From the human T2T-CHM13v2.0 reference genome, Homo sapiens: a DNA stretch of 64,000 nucleotides. Shown here piece after piece: positions 43,437 to 58,254 of this stretch. The DNA lies in the NCBI RefSeq assembly GCF_009914755.1, contig NC_060925.1; one strand, given 5' to 3'. Numbering within the stretch: the stretch's first letter is position 1; every line of letters starts with the position of its first letter. The translations under genes and the position numbers were made by a program. The notes under the pieces were generated by a model. That model was given only the letters and a program-made list of their open reading frames with translations. It did no database searches and was not told the DNA's origin.

Positions 43437-46229
43437 CATATACATGCATAGAGAAAACACTAGAAAGAAATTTACCAGCATGTTAATACTGGTTCTCTTT
43501 GAGTGGTACAATTACAAGTAATTTACTGATCTTTATTTTCTTCAGAAGTTTCCATGTTTTTCATGAGAATATATGATTTTGTAATCATAAACAATATATA
43601 TTTCTAGTAAAATGTACATTTTGTGTGCCTTCAAAGTAAGTATTATAATAAGCAAAAATTTCAATGTTAGTTTAAAATCTAGCTCTGTGACATTCTATTT
43701 GTGTGACTTTAGGCAAGATTTTTAGCATGTGAGCATCAGTTCTCACCTCTGGGAAACAAAGAAAATAATACCTAACTTGTGGTTGTTTTGAAGATTAAAT
43801 GCAGTAATGTAAGTTAAGTTATTACAGCAAAGCTTGACACATAGTAGGCACTCAGTGAATGATGGTACTGGCACAGTTAATTGAGATAGTAATGGTTATT
43901 ATAGTATTAGTAGTGGTACTAGTAGTAATAGAAAAAGTAAAATAATAAATATAACAACAGTAATAATGACAACAGTAACAATAAAGCTAAAGTAAGAATG
44001 AATTTTAGTTATCAGTTAGGCCAATTGAGTCACATTATTAAGAAATCAAGGTCTGGAGAGGCTGGAAGATTGTACAATCTGGTGCAAAATTCACTTCTTA
44101 TTCCCAATACTATATTGTTATGTCACCAATATTTTAGATTGCATAGAATTTTGATTTTGTTCAGTTGATATATTCCAGCACTCTCAAGCGAGAGAAGCAA
44201 AAGACAAGGTCTTGCCTCTAACAGAGCTCACACTTTATCAGAGCCCAACCATACTATTTAGAAAATACTGCTAAGGGCTATTAGAGAGGTATGAAAATAT
44301 GCAGTTGGAGCACAAAGGAAGAAACTACTAGCCCTGGTTGGCTTGAGGTAGGGAAAAAAGCAAGTTCACAGAGGTGATTTCTGAGTTAAGTTTCAAAGGA
44401 GCAAGAGTATTTTGATAGGGAATTAAGAGGGAAATGTTCACTAAGTGCATAGAGCTGTGTGTGAGTGAAGACCTGAAAGCTTGAGAGTGCATTGTGATGT
44501 AGGGAGAAAGTTGATGTGGATACATCTATGACAGAGAATTCATTTACCTGATTACTCACATTTACTTGATTACTCACAACAAAATTTGTTGAACACTTCG
44601 GTGTGCCAGACAATGTGCTAAGCTGAATAGGTGATATGTGAAAGGCTCTGAATATCAAGCCAAAAAGTTGAAACTTTATTCTACAGACAATGGAAATAGA
44701 AGCATTTTAAGACAAAGAGGAATGAAATCAAATTTCCCTTTTGATCTGATTACTCTACTGCTGACTGGTCTATTTCCCCTGGATAGGAGCTAGATATTTG
44801 GGATCAAAAGTGTCACTGACATTAAAAAAAAAAATTCTCTGAGAATTGCAGCTGAAATGGAGCAGACCTTCCTGGAGTATTTCATTTTGTGTCTTGTGCT
44901 GTGGCAACACGAAAGTATCAACCCTTCCCCATTGATTTTCTAGTGGCAGCAACAAAACTGCACTTTGAGGAGAATGACCACTGGGTTGATTAAGATTTGA
45001 AAAATGTTGAATTTATTCTATAAATTCTGGCCCAAGCTGAAGAGGTGCTAATGTGATTGGAACTCATGCAGTAACTGTCAGAGGCAAGAGATCGATCTGA
45101 AATTCATGTTCAAAATCCTGCTTTACCCACTGGGCCTAATCCAGTTTTTAAAGCTGAGCAGCTTCTGTAAGAAACACAGGGTCAGACTGCTCCCACCCCA
45201 CATCACTGTTGCCTCATATTTCAGACACATCATGAATGGTTAATATTTTAAAACTTAAATGAGATGCAGATCCCCCCTCTTCCTCCAGAGAAAGAAAAAA
45301 GAAAGAAAAACGTAAACCCTGAAAACATATTAAAAGTTTCTTAAATTGAGAATTTCCATGGCAAAGATATATTTGGTGCAAGCAATTCACTATATGTCAG
45401 CCTAACCTTCCCTCTGCTCCTGCATTGCTTAAAATTCACTAGGTATACCATTTTGTTTCAGAGATAAGTCCGCCTCAGCAGGGAGGATGGGCTAAGTCAA
45501 TGAGCAGCTTCATTTATATCTGCAAACTCTGCTTTTCAATCCCCAGTTGATCCTGGACCCACAGCACAGAAAATCAGGTGTTTATTTTCATTCTGGTCTC
45601 TCTGCCTAATGCTTTCCTTCAAAAAGAATAAAACTTCCTGAATCCTAGAAGAAAAATTAAGCCAAACCATCAATCTTGCCTGTTTTTTCAAACAATGCCC
45701 CTGTTCTAGAAGGATATGAAAAGAAAAAAAATGCTAGACACACCTAACTCTATAAGCTGAGTCATAATACAGACACATTTGCTATTACAAAGTGCTGATT
45801 GGCATGACCTTAATCCATCTCCTTTGGGGGACAAAAGTGTGTTTTCTTATGTTTGTGCTGAAATATGCACACACATTAAGGGGTCATTAATATGATTTGA
45901 ACACTGATTATGTATTAGGCTGTGAGTAAAATGTGGTCTCATGGTACCCTAGGCTATCTTGATCAGGGCACTTACATACTGTAATATGATCATTTAGGTA
46001 CAAGTATCAACTTGAAGAAAAAGGGCTTTTTTTAAAAAATAATTTTAATTGGTTTAATGCCTGGAACATGGCAGGTATTAAATAAGTATTGAATGAATGA
46101 AAGACTGCATGAATGAGATTGAGAGAAGTACAAGAAGGTGAATATAAAAATAGGAAAAAGGAAAAAATGAGCAGATAAAAGAAAGGGTATGACACATATG
46201 TTGGAAATAATGTTAAAATTTTGCCAAAC

Positions 46230-46265
<36 letters not shown>

Positions 46266-46300
46266 TATTATATATATACATGTGTGTGTGTCTGTGTGTG

Positions 46301-46427
46301 TAGTGAACTGCACATGTGAGGGATCTAAGTTGCATGTTCCTTATGAGAATGTATTTGAATCATCTGTCCTCACTCCCACTGTCTGTGGAAAAATTGTCTT
46401 CCACAAAACCAGTCCCTGGTGCCAAAA
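46301..46427 (+). mobile_element. MER1 fragment between (TG)n and (TA)n tracts
   Basis: GTGAACTGCACATGTGAGGGATCTA...GTGGAAAAATTGTCTTCCACAAAACCAGTCCCTGGTGCCAAAA. Confidence 0.85.
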
Positions 46428-46575
46428 TGTGTGTATATATATATATGTATATATATATATATACACATATATATACATGTGTATATATGTATATATATAC
46501 ATATATATATGTATACATATATATATATGTGTATATATATATATATATACACACATAAATATATATATATATATA
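46428..46575. repeat. About 150-bp interrupted (TA)n/(TG)/(CA) tract
   Basis: Read directly; it generates the spurious YIYI ORFs. Confidence 0.95.
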
Positions 46576-47583
46576 GCCAGTGGTCCATATATCAGTGGTC
46601 CTCCCCAAGCATAATCTCATAAAACAGAGCATCCCCTTACCCTCTCAACTGGAAGAAGGTAGGAAGACACTCTGTCTATTCTCTCCTCATCTTAACTGGG
46701 TATTGAAGACCCAGTGTCTACATCAACCAAATTATCCAGTAACCAGAAAGTTATATAGCTGTCCTTGTGCTGCATCAGAGTTACTTTTTGAGGGATTATT
46801 GTTCTCCCATGCTAATCTTCACCTATCTTCCTCTGTCTTGCAGAGACTTAACTCCCAGATAGCAATACTGAAAGAAGGTAAGAGAGGACTATTGATACAC
46901 AAAGCATCTTGGAATGTGTGTGCCCCACACTTCCTAAGGTAAAGGATAGATACTAGATGCAGGGAAATACGCAAACATCCCTGTAACATACATACTTCTA
47001 AGTACCAAAAAATAAAGACAGGTAGGCATTTGTGTATGAATGTGTGTGTGTGCGTGTGTGTATGAATGTGTGTGTGTGTGCGTGTGCACATGCATCTACA
47101 TATGTGCATATGCATATATGTTTGGAAAGTAGTGGAAGAAGTGAAATAATCTGATGTCACCATATATAATCGAGCTAAAAAAGATTCTTCTAAACACTAG
47201 GAATTAGTGTGGGAACTGTACAGCATGATTTTTAATAGCAAAAATATGAAAAAATAAATGACATTCAACATGTAAAATAAATAGTTCTGTGTTTATATGT
47301 TTGAGTATTTTGTACTCTGAGACCATTTAAGTGTAAAAATAAGATATAATACTGTGTGAAAAAAGCAGAATATAAAATTATACAGCAAAATTTCAAAAGC
47401 TTTCATGTAAATCACTTCCTGATCCCACTCCTCTTCACTGTTGGCAAACTATTTGAATTTTGCTCTAAAAGAAAAAAGCCCCAGACATTTCCTCTTTCTG
47501 CACAGCTCCCAACATAAGATAGGGCTTCAATAAATAGTTGCTGAATGAATGAGAAAACGAGTAAATGCAGACATTCTCTAGGC

Positions 47584-47889
47584 CAGTGGTCCCCAACCTT
47601 TTTGGCATAAGGACCAGTTTCGTGGGAGACAATTTTTCCGCAGACAGTGGGGTGGGGATGGTTTCAGGGTGATTCAAGTAGATTCTTATAAGTAGTGTGC
47701 AACCTAGATCCCTCGCATGCACAGTTCACAATGGAGTTCACACTTCTATGAGGATCTAATGCCACTGCTGATCTGACAGGAGACAGAGCTCAGCTTTGCT
47801 CACTTGCCCACTGCTCCCCTCCTGCTGTGTGGCTCAGTTCCTAACAGGCCACAAACCAGTACTGGTCCATGGCCTGGGAGTTGAGGAGG
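47584..47889 (-). mobile_element. MER1 (hAT-Charlie), both ends present
   Basis: CAGTGGTCCCCAACCTTTTTGGCA terminus; perfect 8-bp TSD ctctaggc at 47576-47583 and 47890-47897. Confidence 0.92.
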
Positions 47890-48792
47890 CTCTAGGCCTC
47901 TTGAAAAGAGAAGCACAATATAGAATGGCTTCTGTTAAAGGCCCCACTCCACCAAAAAAAAAAAATCCTTCTCAGGGTCAGCTGCCCCATCTGCCCACAA
48001 TGAAGATACCACAATGAAACTAGAGAATAGAAACCACAAAAATAAGCATGCATGCATCTTTAGGTATGCATGTATCTTTAGGTGGTGTGGGTGAAGCAGG
48101 TGCTTTCTTCAATTATTTCCCTTCTCTGATCATTAGAAGTCAGGGAATAGCAGAAGTCAGACCCCTATAACTTGCAAGACCTTACTTTACTGTGCCAAAA
48201 CTTTCTCTAATAACAACTCACAATAACACAATGATCCAGCATGAATAATATACAGGTAAAATTAGTAATCCAGAATTGAATCAGAAGAGTATTTAGGTAA
48301 AAAACAAAGGGGCTAAAATGACAAATTGGTAAAAAAGCAAACAAACAAACAATGACAGTAACATTCCCCTCATGTGTTTTTACCTTATTTCACCTTCTCC
48401 CTTATACTAGCTCCTTCTCATCAGCATTTAAGTATGCTTATGTCTCTCCAATTTTCTCTAGCCAGCACACTAGCTCTCCCAACTTCCTTACAAATTTCGT
48501 TCATCCATTTATCTACACATACATCTAATAATTTATTTGTAAGCTTATTATGTGTCAAAAACAAGCTAGGTATATGGATAAAGTGAATAGATTAGAAAGC
48601 TTTCTACTCTACTGTAGCCTACTTTCTATTGAAGGAAACACAAACCAAGACAGACAAAACAGACAATATAAAAAGGCTACAAGTACTGTGCAGAAAATCT
48701 CATTAAAGTACTTTGTTTGTCTTGGATACTTTTAATACAATATGCTCAAAATGCCCCCAGATACCAAAACCTGCTCTTCCTCATTTGTCTCC

Positions 48793-49018
48793 TGTGATGG
48801 TTAATTATATGTGTCAATTGACTAGGTTAAGAATTGCCCATATGGCTAGTAAAACAGTATTTCTGACTGTCTGTGAGGATTTTTTCAGAAGAGATTAGCA
48901 CTTGAATGAGTAGACTGAGTAAAGATGTTCTGCCCTCAGCAATGTGGGCAGGCATCATCTATTTCATTAAGGACCCAAACAGAACAAAAAGGCAAAGGAA
49001 GAGTCAGTCAGTCTCTCT

Positions 49019-49068
<50 letters not shown>

Positions 49069-49317
49069 CCTGATTTTCAGACCTGTGAACTCTAGGACTT
49101 ACAGCAGCATTCAGCCCACCTCCCCACAGGTTCTCAGACCTTCAGCCTTGGACTGAATTATACCACTGGCTTTTGTGGTTCTCTAGCTTGTAGACAGCAC
49201 ATGGTGGGACTTCTGGCCCTCCATACTCTTGTCACCCAATTCCCATACTAAATCTCCTCTTATATATTTATACATATCCTACTGGTTGTGTTTCTCAGGA
49301 GAACACTGACCAACACA
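48793..49317 (+). mobile_element. MLT2B solo LTR with internal (CT)n, nested in L2
   Basis: TGTGATGGTTAATTATATGTGTCAA...GAAGAGATTAGCA...GAGAACACTGACCAACACA. Confidence 0.88.
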
Positions 49318-51752
49318 TTCCCTTTATCAGTAAATAGTGCAACTTGCCATCCATTAGTCAAAGCCAGAAATCTTCAAAACTATTTGACTGTTTCCACTCT
49401 TTTTTTAATTTTTGTGTGTACATAGGTGCATATATTTTTGGGTTACATGAGATATTTTGACACAGGCATGTACTGTAGAACAATCACCTCAGGATAAAAA
49501 GGGTGTCCATCATCTCAAGCACTTATCTTTTGTGTTACAAACAATCCAATTGTACTCTTTTAGTTATTTTTAAAATGTACAGTTATATTATTTCTGACTA
49601 TAGTCAGCCTGTTGTACTAGCATATACTAGGTCTTATTCATTCTGATTTTTTTTTGTTTTCATTAACAATCCCCATTTCCCTGCCACCACCCTACTACCC
49701 TTCTGAGCCTCTGGTAACCATCCTTCTACTCTCTACATCCATGAGTTTGATTATTGTAATTTTTAGCTCCTACTAATAAGTGAAAACATGTAAAGTTTGT
49801 CTTTCTGTGCCTGGCTTATTTCACTTAACAAAATGACCTCCGGAGCTCCATTCATGTTGTTGCAAATTACAAGTTTCATTCTTTTTATGGCTGAATAGTA
49901 CTCCATTGTATATGTATCACATTTTCTTTATCCATTCCTCTGTTTATGGGCATGTGGGTTGCTTCCAAATCTTAGCTATTGTGAATAGTGCTGCAATAAA
50001 CATGGGAGGCAGATACCTCTTCGATATACTGATTTCCTTTCTTTTGGGTATATTCCTAGGAATGAGGTTGCTGGATCGTATGATAACTATATTTTTTGTT
50101 TTTGGAGAAACCTCCAAATTGTTCTCCATAGTGGTTGTATTAATTTACATTCTCGCCAAAAGTGTATGAGGGTTCCCTTTTCTCTACATCCTCACCAGCA
50201 TTTGTTATTGCTTGTCTTGTGGATATAAGTCATTTTATCTGAGGTGAGGTGATATCTCATTGTAGTTTTTATCTGCATTTCTTTGATAATCAGCAGTGTT
50301 GAGCATCTTTTCATATAACTTTTTTCCACTTGTATGTCTTCTTTTCAGAAATGTCTATTCAGGTCTTCTGTCCATTTTTAATCACGGTATTAGCTTTTTC
50401 TTTCCTACAGAGTTGTTTGAGCTCCTTTTATATTCTGGTTATTAATCCCTTGTCAGATGGGTAGTTGAAAAATATCTTCTCTCATTATCTGGGTTGTCTC
50501 TTCACTTTGTTTATTGTTTTCTTTGTTGTACAGAAGGATTTTAACTTGGTGTGATCTCATTTGTCCATTTTTGCTTTGGTTGTCTGTGCCTGTGGGGAAT
50601 TACTCAAGAAACTCTCCAGTCCAATGTCCTGGAGAGTTTACCCGATTTTTTCTTGTAGTAGTTTCATGATTTGAGGTCTTAGATTTAAGTCTTTAATCCA
50701 TTTTGATTTGATTTTTGTATATGGTGAAGCATAGGTCACCATATATGATGAGACTGGTGAGATATGGTGAGATTCTAGTTTCATTCTTCTGCATATGAAT
50801 ATCCACTTTCCCCCACACCACTTATTGAAGAGACTGTGTTTTCCCCAGTGTATGTTCTTGGCAACTTTGTCAAAAATGAATTAACCATAGGTATGTGGAT
50901 TTGTTTCTGGGTTCTCTATTATGTTCCACTGGTCTATTATGTTTGTTTTTATGCCAGTACCATGCTGTTTTGGTTACTGTAGCTCTGTAGCATAATCTGA
51001 AGTCAGGTAATGTGATTCCTCCAGTTTTGTTCTTTTTGCTGAGGATGGCTTTGGCTATTCTGGGTCTTTTCTGATCCATATACATTTTAGGAATTTTTTT
51101 TCTATTTCAGTGAAAAATGTCATTGGTATTTTGATAGGGATTGCATTGAATCTGTAGATTGCTTTGGAGAGTATAAACATTTTAAAAATAGTGATCTTTC
51201 CAATTCATAAACATGGAATATCTTTCCATTTTAGGGGTCTTCTTCAATTTCTTTCATCAGTGTTTTATAGTATTCTCTTCCACTTCTTTGGTTAACTACT
51301 AGGTGTTTAATTTTATTTGTGGCTATCATAAAAAAGATTACTTTTTAATTTCTTTTTCAGATTCTTCGCTGCTGGCACATGAAAATGTTACTGATTTTTG
51401 TATGTTGATTTTTTATCCTGCAACTTTATTGAATTTGCTGATGAGTCCTAATAGGTTTCTGGTGGAGTCTTTAGATTTTTTCCCAAATAAAATTGTATCA
51501 TTTGCAAACAAGAATAATTTGACTTCTTCCTTTCCAACCCTTTATTTCTTTCTTTTGTCTGATTTCTCTAGCTAGGACAATGTGTTCCAAATGTAGAGGA
51601 AAAGCTTTCAGTCTTTTTCCCATTCAGTATACTAGCTATGGGTCTGTCATATATGGGTTTTACTATGTTGATGTATGTTCCTTTTATACCCAGTTTTTTG
51701 AGGGTTTTCTTCAAGAGAGGATGTTGAGTGTTATCAAATACTTTTTCAGCAT

Positions 51753-52106
51753 TGTATTAGTCCATCCTCGCATTGCTATGAAGAAATACCCAAGACTGGG
51801 TAATTTATAAAGAAAAGAGGTTTAATTCACTCACGTTCCACATGGCTGGGGAGGTCTGAGGAAACTTAAACTCATGGCAGGAGGCACCTCTTCACAGGGC
51901 AGCAGGAGAGAGAATGAGTGCCATGCGAAGGGGGAAGCACCTTATAAAACTATCAGATCTTGTGAGAACTCACTCAGTATCATGAGAACAGTATGGGAGA
52001 AACAACCTCTGTGATTCAATTGTCTCCACCTGGTCTCATCCTTAACACATGGGGATTATTAGAATTCAAGATGAGATTTGGGTGGGGACATAGCCAAATC
52101 ATATCA
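51753..52106 (-). mobile_element. THE1C/D solo LTR
   Basis: TGTATTAGTCC...GACTGGGTAATTTATAAAGAAAAGAGGTTTAATT...GGCACCTCTTCACAGGGC...CATATCA. Confidence 0.9.
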
Positions 52107-53267
52107 CACATCAATTGAAAGAATCATATGGATTCTTCATTTCACTGGTATGATGTATCACATTAGTAGATTTGCACATGTTGAACCATCTTTGTATACC
52201 TGCGATAATTCCTACTTGTTCATGACGAATGAACAAGTATTAATTCAACAAATTTTTAAATGTTTTGTCGAATTTGGTTTGCTAGTATTTGGTTGAAAAT
52301 TTTTGCATCAATCTTCATCAGTGATATTGGCCTATAGTTTTCCTTTTTGATGTATCCTTGTCTGGTTTTAGTATCAGGGTAATACTGGCCTCATTTAATG
52401 AGTTTGGAATTATTCCCTCCTCTATTTTTCAGAACAGATTGAGTAGGATTGGTATTGGTTCTGCTTTAAATGTTTGGTAGAATTCAACAATGAAACTATC
52501 AGGTCATGGGCTTTTCTTTGCTGGGAGAGTTTTTATTATGGCTTTGATTTCATTACTTATTATTGATCTATACAGGTTTTGGATTTCTTCAAGTTTCAAT
52601 ACTTATAGGTTTTGTGTCTAGGAATTTATTCATTTCTTCTACATTTTCTAATTTATTAGCATATAGTTGCACATAGTAGCCACCAGTGATCCTTTGAATT
52701 TGTGTTATCAGTTGTAATGTCTCTTTTATCATCTCTGATTTTATTTATTTGGGTTTTCTTTCTTCTTTTTAAGTTAGTCTAGCTAAAGGCTTGTCAATTT
52801 TGTTTTTCTTTTCAAAAAACCAACTTTTTGTTTTATTGACTTTTTGTGTTGTTTTCTTTATTTCAAATTCATTTATTTCTGCTCTGATGCTTGTTATTCC
52901 TTTTCTTTTAATAATGTTGGCTTTGGTTTGTTCTTGATTTTCTAGTTATTTAAGACACATTGTTAGGTTGCTTGTTTGGAATATTTCTTCTTTTTGGTGT
53001 AGGCATGTATAGCTAAAAACTTTCCACTTCACACAGCTTTTGCTGTATCCCCTAAGTTTTGGTATACTGTGTTTGCATTATCAATTCTTGAAAGAAATTT
53101 TTCTATTTTATTCTTAATTTATTCATTGTCCAGTGCTCATTCAGGAGCATATTGTTTAATTTCAATGTGTTTGTGTATTTTCCAAAATTCCTCTTGTTAT
53201 TGATTTGTAGTTGTATTCCATTGTGGTCAGAGAAGATGCTTGATATTATTTCAATATTTTGAATGCC

Positions 53268-53564
<297 letters not shown>

Positions 53565-54796
53565 ATCAAATTTTGAATGTTTTAAGACTTGTTTTGTGAG
53601 CTAACATATGGTCTATCCTTGAGAGTGATGCATGTGCTGAGGAAACGAATGTGTATTCTGCCATCATTAAATGAAATGCTTCATAAATATCTATTGGTTC
53701 CATTTGGTCTATAGAGGATATTAAGTATGCTTTTGTTGATTTTCTGTCTGGGTGATCTGTCCAATGCTGAAAGTGGAATGTTGAAGTCTCCAGCTATATT
53801 GTATTGGAAAAAATCTTTCTTTAGCTATAATAGTATTTGCTTTATATATGTGAGTGCTACAGTGTTGGGTGTATATATGTTTATAATTGTTACATTCTCT
53901 TGCTGAGTTGATTCCTTTATCATAATATAATGACCTTCTTTGTTGCCTCTTATCTTTTTCTCTTGAAATGTATTTTGTCTGATACTTGTATAACAATTCC
54001 TCCTCTTTTTTGGCATGGAATATCTTTTCCATCACTTTATTTTTAGTCTATGTGTGTCTTTATAGGCAAAATGTGTTTCTTGTAGGCAATAGATCATTGG
54101 GTCTTTTTTCAACTCCAGAATTTTTGCTTGATTCTTTTTAATTATTTTAATCTCTCTGTTAAATTTATCTGTTAGAATTCTAAATTCCTTCTCTGTTATC
54201 TTGGATTTCTTTTAGTTTCCTCAAAACAGCTATTTGAATTTTCTGTCTGAAAGGTCACATATCTTTCTTTCTCCAGGATTTGTCCACAGTGACTTATTTA
54301 GTTCATTTGGTAAGGTCATGTTTTCCAGGATTATCTTTATGCTTATAGATGTTCTTCAGTGTCTGGGCATTGAAGAGTTTGGTATTTATTGCAGTGTTCT
54401 CAGTCTGGGCTTTTTGTATCCAAAACTGTTCAATATCATATAACCCAGATTCTTTATCATTGCTTCAAGGCCCTGCTTGATTTATTTCTTGCTTATCTTT
54501 CTATTCCTCCTACTTTCAATTTCTCACCTCTACTTTCTACCCCTACTTTAAGGGCCAACTCCAACAAACTTACTTTATTCTTTCAAAAGTGTCATGCTTT
54601 CTCTCTGTCTTCTGATAGATCTTTCAGATAATCACCCTCTTCTATCTGAGTCACTCTCCCCTGTCTCCCTCCCATTTATCTGAGTAACTTCCTTTAGTTT
54701 TCAGGTTAAAATGTAAAAATCATTTCTTGCAGAAAGCTTTGCCTTACCACCTCCATTCCTGAGTTAGGGCTCTCATATGTAATTTAACAGCATCCT

Positions 54797-55196
54797 TGTT
54801 ATGACCTAAATGCTTCTGGCCACCCCCCATTCATACATTAAAGCCCCAACCCCTAGTGATGCTGTATTTAGAGATACAGTCTCAGAGGAAATAATTAAGA
54901 TTAAATGAGGTAATAAAAGTGGGCTCCTGATCTAAAAAGATTAGTGTCCTTATAGGAAAATACACCAGAAAGCTTTCTCTCTGAGAACACACACACAGGA
55001 AAGACCACATGAGAACATAGGAAGAAGGCAGCCATCTGTAAGTCAGAAAGAGAACCCTCACTAGAAGCCAAATTTGCCACTATCTTGATCATGGACTCCT
55101 AGCTTCTGGAACTGTGAGAACATAAATTTCTGTTCTTTAAGCCATCCAGTCATCCAGTGTGGTGTTTTGTGAGAGCAGCCAGAGCAGACAGATACA
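54797..55196 (+). mobile_element. MLT1A solo LTR in L2
   Basis: TGTTATG...ATTAGTGTCCTTATA...GGAACTGTGAGAA.ATAAATTTCTG...GATACA. Confidence 0.85.
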
Positions 55197-57481
55197 TCAT
55201 TGTACTTTCTCTGTCATAGCATTTATAATAAGGTGCTGTGATTATCTATTTATTCCTATGTAGGCACCATTACACTATATGATCCTTGAGGGTAGTGGAA
55301 CCTACGTATCTTTTATTATTTTTACTTTTCCAAAGTCTACCACAATTTTGTTTGTTTAATTAACTGAGTGTTTACAAAATTATGAATTCTTTATGTCATG
55401 GTTTAATATGGCAGATTTTTAATATGATTTTAATAATTTTTGTCAAGTTCTAGTAATTTTCTCATAACAAATAAAACAAATCTAATTAACAAGAATTAGG
55501 AAAAATATTTTAGCTGAATTAAAATTTGGAAAAAATTATATATTCAACTGCTTATTTTTTTGAGCAAGACTTTTCAATTGAATCATGTAGAACCAGAGAG
55601 TTACTGAATTTCACATGCTGCTAGGATTTCCTATGTAATGCATCAGTGGCTCCTGCCACAGGAGTTTTCTTCAAACCACTGTGTGACTGAATGCACTATT
55701 TATCTTTAGCCTTCAGATTCCACTGGGTGCTTGGGAATGCTCAACTTCCCTTTTGTGAGTATTTAATCAACTTTTGCCTATTCTCTCAATGTCTACTTCA
55801 AATCATCATTAGTATTCCCAAGTCACCCTCACCTCCATACTCACCCTTCTCCAAATTCAGAACCTCAGTATCCTACTTCACAGAGAAAATAACATTCAGA
55901 GAGGCCCAGTCACCTCATATTTCCTCTTTTCATATTTAACTGCATTAGTACCCGTTCTCACCGGCTCTCCATTATTCAAGAGAAACATTTCTCTAGTTCT
56001 GTCTAAGGCCAATTACAGAAGTGGATGAGATTTAATTTACCCTGTTCTATTAGCATGACTTCATTCTAACTGTGTGGCTCTTTGCAAGTTATTACCTTTT
56101 TTACACTCTATTCTTTCATCTACAAAATGGGGATGATAATAATATACATGTATTCCATGGGCTCATGATAAGTATTCAATATGATAATGTATGCAAATTA
56201 TTGAACCATGGTGCCTAGTAAATAGCGAGAGCTCAAAAAACCATGCTGCCACTGCTGCTGCTCCCCATGCCGTTCCCTCCAGCTTCCTAGAGGGCTTTGC
56301 CTAAACAGTTATCCTTTTACCACCATCTTCCTTTTCTTCCCTTTGATGAGGTGTACCTTAGAGACACAAGGAGATTCTCTATCTAAAACTTGCCAAAATT
56401 CAAATGTGAGTGACAGATTTTGGCCTCAGATCTACGTTTTTATCAGGGCAACCTCTGAATATCATGGGTGTGTGGAAGTAACAGTAAAAAACAAGATGTT
56501 TGCCAAATATTCCCTATGTTTCTGTCAGAATGCATCAGTACATGATGCCATTTGTATGGGAGTAGAGAAAACACTCTCCAACTCAATGTCATAATATCTG
56601 CACATTTGGAAGAATCCTATTGGAAGAAGAAAGGAGACTCAGTTTAGGAAATGCTTATTGATATGTTAAGCAAAGCCATTAGCTGTATAATTAGCCCTTA
56701 CAACAACCACTATCCTTCAATTCTAGTCTCTGCTGCCCAAACAATCTTAACATAGCAGCAATGTATTCCCTAAAACGGGTCAGTGCAACTTTCCAAGAGG
56801 GAACTGTCTCACAGAAAGCATCCATGGTAAGCACTCTGGAAGAATGAGTTTAAATACCTAAAACCTATTAAAATGCTAACAAATTGTTGTGAGCAGACTG
56901 CCCTAGAGATTTGATTATTTTGTAGTGACTCTTAAAATATGTCTTTCCTAATAGGATTCAAATTCCACTGGTAATAGAAAAAGAGCCCTCAATAAAAATT
57001 TAAATCTGCTACTCCAATTATCCCATTTAAAACCAATGCAACATTTGGTATGATATTTATTTCATCAAAACCAATAATCTTACCTACAAATGTGATATAA
57101 AACAAAAGTCAACATGCAGATGGAGACTTTTATTCATGAAGATGTTCGTTGAAGCATTATTTATAACAAAGAAAATTGGCAGCAATTTAAATTACCAAGC
57201 AAAGGGTACATAAAATCCTATATAAATATATGATAATGTAGTTTTTATATATTTTAGTAGTGTGATAAATGTTTATACAATAATATGTGATAACCCAGTA
57301 TAAAAAAATGGTACAGGTAATATAAGCTCAACTATACAAATGTGGTTTTAAAGACTGGAATAAAGATGTCAAAATGGTAGTGAAAAACTCTCTGTGGTAA
57401 AAGTATGTGATTATTTTTCTTAATCTGGCATTTTTTTTCTGTATTTTATTCAATATGATGTGTATATATAAAATAAATGCA

Positions 57482-57812
<331 letters not shown>

Positions 57813-57820
57813 TTACCTAT

Positions 57821-58254
57821 TGTAACAGTTAATTTTATGTATCAAAATGGAGGGTATTTTTGGATAAGATTGATATCTAAGTCAATAAACTTTAAGTAAG
57901 CAGATTGTCCTCTATAATGTGGGTTAGCATCATCCAATCAAGTTAAAGGCCTGCATAGAAAAACAAAAGAAAGCAAAAACAAAAACATCAACCTCTCCTG
58001 CCAAGAGGGCATTGCTTAGCAGACTGCCTGTGGCTTTCATCTACACCACTGGCTCTTCTGGGTCTCTAGGCCATGGGCCTTCAAACTGGAACTGAGCTAT
58101 TGGCTCTCCTGGGTTTCTGGACTGCCAAGTCACAGTGCAGATTTTAGACTTAGCAGCCTCCATCATCACGTGAGCCAATTCCTCATAATAAATCTCTTTC
58201 TATATATTTACACACTCAGTTGGCTCTGTTTCTTTGGATAACCTTGACTAATAG
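57821..58254 (+). mobile_element. MLT2 (C-like) solo LTR
   Basis: TGTAACAGTTAATTTTATGT...CATCCAATCAAGTT...CACGTGAGCCAATTCC.CATAATAAATC. Confidence 0.82.

Noticed and set aside
46189-46632. Stack of overlapping ORFs on both strands
   Set aside because: Artefact of stop-free (TA)n/(TG)n repeats
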